Positions 1 to 9,897 of a DNA stretch of 64,000 nucleotides are shown here, piece by piece. The notes under the pieces are model-generated. The model ran no database searches and was not told where the DNA came from. It saw nothing but the letters and a program-made list of their open reading frames with translations. The first letter of the stretch is position 1; each line of letters starts with the position of its first letter. The position numbers and the translations under genes were made by a program. The stretch comes from Callorhinchus milii (Eukaryota). The stretch spans positions 88,662,001 through 88,726,000 of the forward strand of contig NW_024704742.1 in assembly GCF_018977255.1 (NCBI RefSeq), in the 5' to 3' direction.

Positions 1-1045
1 AACCACCCCTAATAATTCTCTTCCTTGGAATCCAAATCTGCTTTGCAAGAACAGACACCGTTTTCAACCACGATCAATTGAGCACATGCAACATACATAT
101 TTATACACAGTTGATCTATTTTGGTCATTTTATCATTACTCATTTGGCTAAACTGGACAATTCATACAAATGTCTAAAATTATATACAGGACTATGATCT
201 TTAGGTTTGCTGGTTTTAGAGCCATGTGACTTTCCTTATTTTTCTATTGTACTTACAAGCAATGTTCGTTTTTATAAGCAGTAAAACTAAGTGCATTTTT
301 TTTGCAGTTTTGAGAAATCCCAATTTAAAATGGCATTGTGATTGTCATGAGCCTGCACTTCTACTCCCATCTAAATCAGATTTTTTTGTTAGACTTTCCA
401 GTGGAGTCCTACAAGCACAATACTTGGATGATGTTTTGGACCATCACAGTGTATTTCTTTTGAGGGCTATGACAATCTTCTCATAGACAATCTGTGTTGC
501 GCACCACTCACTTGGGTTTAATTCCAGGAGTGGGACATGACTTCAGCTTGCTGCATGACATTGTTTCTTCCAGGCATTTCATGAGGCATCATTGGAAGCC
601 AGAACACAGCACACAAACATTTTTCATTAATAAGTGCCTAAGAGACAACTCTGACATTAGACTCTAAAGCTTCTCCAACTTGGATCCAATTGCTTTTCAA
701 CACCCGGGTAGCTACAAGCACACTCTCATTACTGGTGCATACATTAATAGTGACTTAACACAATATTAGATAAATGAGATATGCAGTTGTCTATTTGAGG
801 TTACCTTGCCTCCTTTTAAAGCCTGTTTCTTATTGGAATCCCTCATAGGAAAGAATGCATGTGGTAATTCCTTAGACACTCAGCTACAGCTATTCCTAAT
901 TTTAAAGGTAACCGCAACCAAAGAAAGCATTTCTTCTTAAGTTGACAGCCAACAGATATTAGAAGTGGAAGTTCTTTTAAAAAATAAAAGCACCTTTATT
1001 TCATTTGGATTTCAAAAGGCTCCGTGTTGGTGTCATCTCCACTGT

Positions 1046-1347
1046 TGGCAGCCTGTCTTAGTTGGTAGCACTCTCATGTCTGAGTTGAAAGGTTGTGGAT
1101 TCAAGCTCCACATCAGGACTTTGAGCTCACAGTCTAGCCTGACACCCCAGTGGAGTGCTGCATTATTGGAGATGCTGTCTTTCAGTTGAGACGTTAAACC
1201 ATGATCCCATCTGCATGTTCAGGTGGTTATTAAAGATCCTGTGGCACTATTGTATTCGAAAAGAGAAGGAAGATTGTCCTGGCAAACAATTCCCCAGACA
1301 AAATTGGGCATTTACTGCATGGCTGTTTGTGGAACATAGCTGTGCAC
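1046..1347 (+). mobile_element. DeuSINE (AmnSINE1/SacSINE1-like), decayed and 3'-truncated
   Basis: tRNA-like head (ttagttggtagcactctc...ggttgtggattcaag) followed by Deu-domain motifs gagacgttaaacc, ctgcatgttcaggtgg, aaagatcctgtggcactatt and ggctgtttgtgg. Confidence 0.75.
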
Positions 1348-1363
1348 TTTCCAGTTGACATCT

Positions 1364-2960
1364 AGAACATAAGAACATAAGAATTAGGAGCAGGAGTAGG
1401 CCATTCGGCCCCTCGAGCCTGCCTCGCCATTTGCTAAGATCATGGCTAATCTTCAGACGTAACTCTAATTACCTGCCCTATCCCCTAATCCCTCTATTTT
1501 TTAAAAATCTATCAGTCTCAGCCTTGAAGATGTTCAAGGACTGAGCATCTACAGCCTTCTGGAGTAGTGAATTCCTACCCTCTGAGTGAAGAATTGTTTC
1601 CTCAACTCTGTTCTAAAAGGTTGACCCTTAATTTTAAGACTGTGACCCCTGGTTATAGATTCTCCTACCAGGGGAAACAGACCCTCAGTGTCTACTTTAT
1701 CCAGCCCTTTAAGAATCTTATATGTTTCAATAAGATCCCCCCTAATTCTTCTGTACTCTAGAGAATACAGCCCTAGTTTATTCAGCCTATCCTCATAGGT
1801 CAGTCCCCTCATCCCAGGAACTAACCGAGTGAATCTACGCTGCACCCTCTCTCGGGCAAGTATGTCCTTTTTTAAATAAGGAAACCAAAACTGCACACAA
1901 TACTCTAGGTGCGGTCTCACCAAGGCCCTATACAGTTACAGCAAGACTTCCCTACTCTTGTACTGTAAACCTTTTGCAATGAACGCTAACATGCCGTTCG
2001 CCTTCTTAGTTGTTTGCTGGACCTGCAAGCTAAATTTCTGAGACTGGTGTACAAGGACACCCGAATCCCTCTGAACACTAACACTATCTAATCTTTCCCC
2101 CTCTAGAAAATAATCTGTTTTTCTATTTTTTCTACCTAGGTGTATAACTTCACACTTCCCCACATTAAATTCCATCTGCCACCTACTCGCCCACGCCCCT
2201 TGCCTATCTATATCCTGTTGCAATCTTTTTGCATCACCTCAGAGCTTACTCTCCCACCTGGTTTAGTGTCATCCACAAATTTAGATACGTTACATTCAAT
2301 GTCCTCGTCTAGATCATTGATGTAAATTGTAAATAGCTGAGGCCCAAGCATTGATCCTTGTGGCGCTCTACAAGTCACATCCTGCCAATTCGAGAATGAC
2401 CCGGTTATCCCTACTCTCTGTTTTCTACCCGTTAGCCACTCTTCAATCCATGCTAATATGTTCCCATTAATCCCGTGGGCCTTAACCTTGTGCGGCCTTT
2501 TGTGTGGCACTTTGTCAAATGCCTTTTTAAAATCTAAATATACTACATCTACTGGTTCCCCCCTATATAACCCGCTAGATACATCTTCAAAAAAACTCTA
2601 AAAGATTAGTTAAGCATGACTTCCCTTTTGTAAAACCATGTTGACTTTGCCTAATCTTGTTATGTTCTTCCAGGAATCCCATAACGACATCTTTAATTAA
2701 GGACTTAAGAATTTTCCCTACCACTGATGTCAGACTAACTGGTCTACAGTTCCCCAACTTTTCTCTCCCACCCTTCTTAAATAGTGGTGTTACATTTGCA
2801 ATCTTCCAATCAATGGGAACCATTCCAGAATCCAGAGAATTTTGGAAGATCAAAGACAAGCCATCCACTATCTCAGTAGCCACCTCTTTTAAAACCCTAG
2901 GATGTAGGCCATCAGGTCCAGGGGATTTTGTCAGTTTTAAGACCTGACAATTTAACTAAA
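1364..2960 (-). mobile_element. CR1 LINE, 5'-truncated (frameshifted RT and 3' UTR)
   Basis: Minus-strand fragments IFQNSLDSGMVPIDWKIANVTPLFKKG, QHGFTKGKSCLTNLLEFF, PQGSMLGPQLFTIYINDLD, SKFVDDTK and VRPHLEYCVQFW. 3' octamer tail reads (agaacata)n on + at 1364-1383. Confidence 0.95.
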
Positions 2961-4224
2961 ATCATTTCTTTACTAATATTATTTCCCCCAAGTTGCTCAC
3001 TAACATTGTCTTCTTGGTTCCCCTCTATCTTAGCAAAAGCTGGTTCTATCTGCTTTGTTCGACCTCTTATTAGTGTGTACTCAGAAGACTTTCTAACCTA
3101 AATAGAAAAGCTTTGTCTTCATTGTTTTGAATAAGAAAAATATCTAAAATTAACTACAGCGTAATACAATTTAATCCTCCTAATGGCTCTTATATTTTTG
3201 CCCCCATGTTTTGGACTTGCCAACAAGTGCAAACAGCTTCTCAAAGTCCACCCTATTGAATTCTTTCACAATCTTTAACACCATAATCAAGTCCCCTCTC
3301 AATTGCCTCATCTCGCAGTTGATTTAGCAACACACACCTGAGATACGATAGATCATCTTTTTCTATGTTTCACAGTGTGTGAGATAATAAGTATAAAATT
3401 GATAAGATTTTCTTTTCACAGAGAGGTTTACTTTGAATCATTGTTTGTACTTTTTGTTCTGCAAGACTTGGGCTGTCTCTTAAACTGTTCAGAATGAAAA
3501 ATGTGCACCTTCCTGGATTCTAAGCACCATGTCGGAAACTCTTTGAATTCCCCATTTCTTTGCCGCCATTGGTTTTGATTTTGCAAAATCAAACTGAATA
3601 ATACTCATTTAACAATATAATGGTAGATGTAGTGTTCATTTTACTACTTTTTTAAACTTTTTGTTTTGTTTATTGTTCTTGTGCTTGTCCAAGTGAGGAT
3701 TGCTAGTTCTGAGAAATAGGATTGTTTCTCATGGGCATCTGTTACAGTTATTAAACCACTCTCAGATCAGGTGCAGTTGGTTACAGAATAATGTTACTGT
3801 CCAGCCTCCAATAATGCACATCAGCTCAAATCTCGGGAGGTATAAATCTACTGGACTAATCTGACATTTTGCATCTCTGATAATACTTCCTATATCTTCT
3901 CTAAGATTGGCAATTATGATTTCCAATTTAGTGCTGAATTAAGGGCAGGGTACTGGAATCTGTGTTGATACCCTACTATGTATTCACCTCCGACTATTCC
4001 CTATTCACGATTTGTGCTATGAACCTAATCTTAGGAGGAACTGTCAAAATTATCCCAGTATTTACTGTCAAATGTCCCACAAACAGTCGTGGATTGAGTG
4101 ACCAAATTATTATTATTTATTTTAATTTTTTTAAATTTTAAGGTAACAGACAACACTGTGTGTTTTATTAGTGTTTTACAGAGCAGCTCTGTAATGCCCC
4201 GTGGCAAAGTTAATTTCCATATGA

Positions 4225-4374
4225 ACAAAACACAAAATACTGCAGATGCTGGAAATCTGAAACAAAAACAAAGAGAGCTGGAAAAACTCAGCAGGTCAGG
4301 CAGCATCTATGGAGAAAGGAAAGTGAGTCAACGTTTCGGGTCCACGACCCTTCGTTTTCCCAGCTCTCTCTGTT
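4225..4374. mobile_element. Penelope-like terminal-repeat insertion with partial fold-back and 15-bp TSD
   Basis: Same repeat as at 6467, 25796 and 38706 (aaatactgcagatgctggaaatctgaaa...ctcagcaggtcaggcagcatct). Flanked by TTAATTTCCATATGA at 4210-4224 and 4375-4389. Confidence 0.75.
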
Positions 4375-5121
4375 TTAATTTCCATATGATATTGGTCTCC
4401 ACCTCTTCATAGCAACCCTTGGTTCTACCCCTATTGCTGTTCTGACTGCCTGAAAGACCTAGATGAGCCAAAATCATCTGAGTGTAAATGAGACTGAAGC
4501 CATCTTGCTTAGTTCTCCATAGAATCTATGTGCCTCTGGCTATGCAGTCAACTTCCTGCGCTCTGGAAGACTGAATCATGTAGTGCACAACAATGCCGGT
4601 ATACTTAACCATAAGATGATTTTCCTCAGATTTGGTCCATAATGAAAACTGCTTTCTTCAACTCCATTTAATCTGCCATTGCTGTCCAAGCCTTCAGGCA
4701 CCAAGACCATGTCTCTGAAGGCTTCTTCGAAAAACACTGTCTTATACCACACCCAGAATGCATCGTGGTGACCTTGCTTTGGGTCCACATTTTTAAAACA
4801 ATCTCTGCCAATTTTTGTCAAATGGGCTTTAGCAAATTCAAATTGTTGTCTTGATCTCAGACCTTTATTTTTATGTATTCCATATATGCCAAGAAGGCAG
4901 AGCCTGCATTTCTATTCTGCATTGGCAGATTTGGAGTTCAGAATAGCCAGCACAGTTAGAGGTAGCTTTATCTTGCTGTCTTCAAAAAAAACTCTAAATG
5001 GCACTTTGCAGGCAGCAGCACGGCCGATAAATCCAGGATAAGTTATCTTAGAGATTCTTGATGTTTTTGCTGGTAAATATCAAAGTGTAAGGTGTCATTC
5101 CTCAAGGAGGAGAAAAAGACT

Positions 5122-5497
5122 GGAGTCCTGTAGTTCAGTGGTTAGAGCACTCGCCTCGCAAGCGAGAGACCCGGGTTCGATTCCCGGCAGGGCAGAATGT
5201 TGGGCAAGTTTCTTTACTCCACACACCTCTGTTTACCTAGCAGTAAGTAGGAACCCAATTGTTAGTCGATTGGCGGATCACTTTTCCGGGCGTAATATTT
5301 TCTTCAAAAAAAAATTGTTATATATTGGTCACTTCGATCCATGACCTTTTGCGGGACACAGCTGTAATGCAATTGGCTGCCTCATTTCGCCCACAAACTA
5401 TACAGTCAATTCACATTACAGTATATTCTGTGAAGTGGTTTGAGACGTCTCGAAGACGCTATAAAGCGCTATATCAAATGCAAAGATTATCATTATG
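5122..5497 (+). mobile_element. tRNA-Ala-derived SINE, long subfamily
   Basis: A box tagttcagtgg and B box ggttcgattcc, then a CORE-like segment, a Deu 3' body and the tail gcgctatatcaaatgcaaag(att)n. Confidence 0.9.
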
Positions 5498-6289
5498 ATA
5501 AACCATTGACATTGGTAAATTTGAGACTTGGAAGGCTTTTCCAGTGAGCAGTTTTACTGGTTCAATTCCATGTATGTTGGGGTTCCTAAAACCTTTGCTT
5601 TTACCAACAATGCATCAATAGTCTCTGTTGGAAGACAAGCATTGGATATTCGGAGCGGAACTGATGTTGCAGTCCAGAATTAACAACAAAAGCTCTACTT
5701 TTGTGAGTTCCCAAGAGCTGGACAGGGAAACTCTGAAGTACAGCAGAGGGCTTCCTCACATATCGTCCTCCCAGCTCAACAAAAATAATATTTGTAACTC
5801 GTCACTCTTTTTGGGTTCACAAGTGGGAATGTAATTATTTTATAATGATGACTAAGGGAATTCCCATGTAATATTTCGCTAGCTCGAGTTGAATTTTGAA
5901 ATCAAATATAAACATGTCTGTTAGCTGTTATTTTACTGTTGATCCTGTCCCTGCTGAATTTTACTCCGACTAAGCTGCCAAGACTGAACTCTCAGCAGTA
6001 AGTAATTTTAAAACCACCTATTCTGAGGCATGATGTGTACTTACTTATTTTGGCTTCCTGTGTGCGAGCGCTGTTTTGAATCGCTGATTAAGCCGGCTTT
6101 CTTTCTGAGCACTTGCACAGTGATTGCCAAGGGCCTTTCTAGCGATCCTGCCTGAACAACGCATTATAGCGTTTGTTGAAATTTTATGGACTGCAACTAC
6201 TGCATTATAGTTGGATTCCACTGTAATGTCTAAGCATGCAAAAAAAAAAAAACATAGAATCTCACTCGAAAGTCTGGTGCATAAAGGAT

Positions 6290-6452
6290 ATTTGCAGTGT
6301 TGCCATGCAGACCAGAAGTCACAGGTTCAGTTAGCAGTTAATGCTGAGTTAGTTGTTTTTCTGCCGAGGCAGGAGTTGAGCTGTTGTCATTGGCCTGAGA
6401 ATCGTGCATTGGAAAGAGCAAAATCAACCAGACTTCCCTCTCATGACCAGTA
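6290..6452 (+). mobile_element. Ancient AmnSINE2-like SINE fragment
   Basis: Ordered motifs gccatgcagaccagaagtcacaggttc, tgctgagttag, attggcct and aaaatcaaccag resemble the recalled AmnSINE2 consensus. Confidence 0.45.
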
Positions 6453-6466
6453 TTAGAATCATCCTT

Positions 6467-6695
6467 AAACAAAAGGCAAAATACTGCAGATGCTGGAAAT
6501 CTGAAATAAAAACAAGTCGCTGGGAACACTGAGCAGGTCAGGCAGCATCTATGGAGAGAGGAAAGTGAGTTGACATACGGGCGATGACCTTTCATCAGAG
6601 TTCTGACGAAAGGTCAGAAACCTGAAATGTTAACTCACTTTCCTCTATCCATAGATCCTGAGTGTTCCCAGCGACTTCTGTTTTTATTATATGTG
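6467..6695. mobile_element. Penelope-like fold-back (inverted terminal repeat) insertion
   Basis: Left arm 6467-6598 and inverted right arm 6603-6688 (ctgagtgttcccagcgacttctgtttttatt is complementary to aataaaaacaagtcgctgggaacact). Possible 8-bp TSD TCATCCTT at 6459-6466 and 6696-6703. Confidence 0.75.
6598..6636 (+). ncRNA. Minimal type I hammerhead ribozyme motif
   Basis: GAGUU / CUGACGA / A / AGGU-cagaa-ACCU / GAAA / UG / UU / AACUC. Stem I is GAGUU:AACUC, both catalytic boxes are intact, stem II is present and the cleavage triplet is GUU. Helix III carries a C-to-T change relative to the ACGU seen in sister copies. Confidence 0.65.
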
Positions 6696-6739
6696 TCATC
6701 CTTGTTGGAAAGTGCCTTTTGTGTGCTCCCTTGACCCTA

Positions 6740-8203
6740 TACCTCTCCTTACCTCCCAGCTCCACCTCCTTGCCCCTCATAGACATAAAATACCTGTCCA
6801 CTGGCGCCGTTCCCACCCCTTTAAAAACCAGCGTCATCACTCCTATCCTTAAAAAACCCTCCCTGGACCCATCCTTGCTCTCAAACGACCGCTCCACCTC
6901 CAACCTCCCTTTCCTTTTCAAAGGTCCTGGAACGAGTTGTTTCTTCCTAGCTTCGCTCCTTCCTCTCCCGACATTCCCTTCACGATCCCCTCCAATCGGG
7001 TTTCCGTGCCGCCCACAGCACAGAAACAGCATTGGTCAAAGTGAGAAATGACATTCTGTCCATCTGTGACCAGGGCTCCCTCTGCCTCCTCATTCTCTTT
7101 AACCTCTCTGCTGCCTTTGATACCGTTGATTACTCTTCTTCTCCACCGCCTCTCCTCTCACCTCAACCATCATGGTTCTGTCCTTGAATGTTTCAGATCT
7201 TACCGTCTCCACTTCATCTCCACAAACGGATTCTCCTCTAGCCCCCCACCAGCTGGTGCAGCATGTCTTAGGGCTCTGTCGTTGGTATGCTCTCTCTTGG
7301 TGACATTCTCAGATATGGGGACAACTTTCACATGTAAACGGATGACACCCAACCCAATCTCTCTGCCTCCACCCTTGACTCCAGGACCACTGCTGTCCTG
7401 ACAGAATGTCTTCAAACATTAAGTCCTGGATGAGAGCTAACTTTCTTTAGTTGAATGTCAACAAGACCGAGGCTCTCATGATTGGCTTCCGTCAGCACCT
7501 CCACACCTTGGGCTGACAGCATCACCATCCAAGGATGCAAACTCTGGCTGACTAAGCCAATCTGGAACCTTGGTGTCTTGTTTGAATTTCAACTATCCTT
7601 TCTACCCCACATCTGTGCCATGACCCACTCTGCCTTCCCCCACCTCTGCATCATCGGCTTCCCCAACTCCTCCCTCCATAGGCTGCAGATCATCCAGAAC
7701 TCTCAGCTCGTGTCCTCTCCCTCACCAGGCTCCGTGACCCTATCATCCCCATCCTCGCTCGACTCCACTGGCTTCCATATCACACAAGACAAAGTTCAAA
7801 ATCCTGGTCCTCACCTTCAAAGCCCTCCACGGTCTTGCTTCCCCCTACCTCTGCGACCTCCTAAACCCCTACCAAGCTGCCTGCTGCCTCTGCTCAGTGG
7901 GCTGTGGCCTGCTTCACATCCTCCGCCTCGTCCGTCTCACCATTGGCTAGCAGGCCTTCAGCCACTGCCCCCACCCTCTGGAACTCCATCCACAGTCCCT
8001 CTGCCTCTCCCCCTCCCTTGCCTCCTTCAAGACCAATTTCAACACCCTCATCTTCGATTGTGCCTTTGATCACCCTCCTTCCCCCACCGCGCCCTCAACC
8101 CTCCTCGATCCCGACCCCAGCTCGGGTCTGAAACACTGACTTGGGACATCCTCCTGATGTGAAAGGTACTATACAAATGTAATTTTGTTGTTGGTGTTGG
8201 TTG
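6740..8203 (+). mobile_element. L2-clade LINE, 5'-truncated
   Basis: Fragments STGAVPTPLKTSVITPILKKPSLDPS and NSSLHRLQIIQNS. 3' end gggacatcctcctgatgtgaaagg...tacaaatgtaatttt(gtt)n. Confidence 0.9.
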
Positions 8204-9058
8204 CTGTAATATCCCCACAGATGGTTCAAGCAAAATTGGGGTCATGGAAAAGGTAAAAATGCAGGCTAACCTTGGAAATTTTTATCTGCTCCACCGTTGA
8301 AACAGAAATGATTCCAGAACATATCTGTAAACTATCAGTGCTGTCATTTGGAATTCAGTAAAGTATAATAGTACAGTATTGTGAAGTTTGCTCAACTGCT
8401 GCAGGCTTTTTTTCCTAGTAGGATTTCATCAAAATCTAGGGCTGAGTGGGTTGCAGTTTTGTAGAGTTCACTTGAAGTGTGAAAAAAAATGATCATGCAG
8501 AGATCTAGCCCTTCCAAAAAACCTCTGACTAGAGAAAACGATTTGAGCTGCACAACATGAGGGTGGATAGAGGTAACACCATTACTAGGAGAAAGAGTAT
8601 CCCACGAGAAATGTATACATTATTAACCTAAGCGTTGGTATTTTCTGTGGCTTATTTCTATCAGTATGCTAAATCAGATGAGTGACAACACTGATCATTA
8701 TTTAAGGATGTTTATGAAAATATGGTTTGTTGACTCTCACGCTTGCCGATTCAGTGCCTATTTTTGTCTATTCTGCTTTTTTTGAAACGATAACAATGAA
8801 CTGAACTCTGCTTTATTTTACATTATTAAAAAGTCATTTTTTTCTATGTGGTTTTTCTCTTTTAGCCTTCATTAACTTTATAAACCATGTTGAGCAATGC
8901 CTCGGAGTAGCCACATGATGGCAGAAGCTGTCCACACCAGTGAATGTTGTGTTTGTTAGAAATGCTGTTAAATTTATTTGATAACCTGCATTGCTGAATG
9001 TATTCTGAAACAAAAGGGAAAAAAAACAAGTGTTGAGGCTTTGACCTTTTTTGTCCAG

Positions 9059-9132
9059 ACAGGATAATAATATAGATTCCACCTCATCCCATAAAGCACA
9101 CAATAAAATCGCGACACTGGAGCAGAAACAGG
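9059..9132 (+). CDS. CAAP1: CAAP1 penultimate coding exon (74 nt, phase 2 to phase 1)
   Basis: Acceptor ctttttgtccAG and donor G|GTAAGT. Encodes QDNNIDSTSSHKAHNKIATLEQKQG, resembling the recalled mammalian CAAP1 segment QDICIDSASSVRENKQPEGLELKQG. Its phase matches the next exon. Confidence 0.85.
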
Positions 9133-9569
9133 GTAAGTGGGTTTTGAATTTTTATTTTCTGTTTTGTGGGGTGCTGAGGGTTGTTAGTATACGAACATTT
9201 GTATTTCTTAAAAGTGATGATGTGGTTTACATTTGCGTTTAATTATCAGATCTTAGAAATATGAATGAAACTATTCTCTTCACCCCATCTTCTTTGCATC
9301 AGGATTCTCTCTAAATTTATTTCCACAAACGTCATCGTTGTTCAATAGTATGTTTTAAGCCTTTTTAATAAATAGTTATACTATTAATAAATAGTTATAG
9401 TATTGCATGATTACAAGGTGACAGAAAGTTCAGCTTCTATGAATTTGTGTCCAAGAAAGGAATTGTACTATCTGAAATTGCAAATTGCTTACACAAAATG
9501 TTGAACACAAGAGGGTGCTATTTTCCACAGTTTTTACCCTTTAGTATAATTTCTGTACGTGGAGCTACG

Positions 9570-9897
9570 TGGAGTCCTGTAGCTCAGTGGTTAGAGCACT
9601 TGCTTTGCAAGCAAGACACCTGGGTTCAATTCCAGGCAGAGGGCGAAACCTTGGGCAAGTTTCCTTACTCCACACGCCTAATAATAATCCCTCCAAAAAA
9701 CCCAAAACAATAATAAATTGGTCATTTTCAATCTACGACTGTTTGTGGGACATTGCTGTGCGCAATTGGCTGCCGCGTTCGCCCACAAATATACAGTCAA
9801 TTCACTTTACAGTATATTCTGTGAAGCGCTTTGGGACGTCCTCCCGACGTGAAAAGCGCTATATCAAATGCAAGGATTATTATTATTATTATTATTA
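9570..9897 (+). mobile_element. tRNA-Ala-derived SINE, short subfamily with L2-like tail, in a CAAP1 intron
   Basis: A and B boxes, internal deletion after ccacacgcct, tail gggacgtcctcccgacgtgaaaagcgctatatcaaatgcaagg(att)n. Nearly identical to 45500-45816. Confidence 0.9.

Noticed and set aside
5122..5195. tRNA-Ala-like sequences (also 9570, 45500 and others) as tRNA genes
   Set aside because: They run directly into a SINE body and tail and carry independent mutations, so they are SINE heads.
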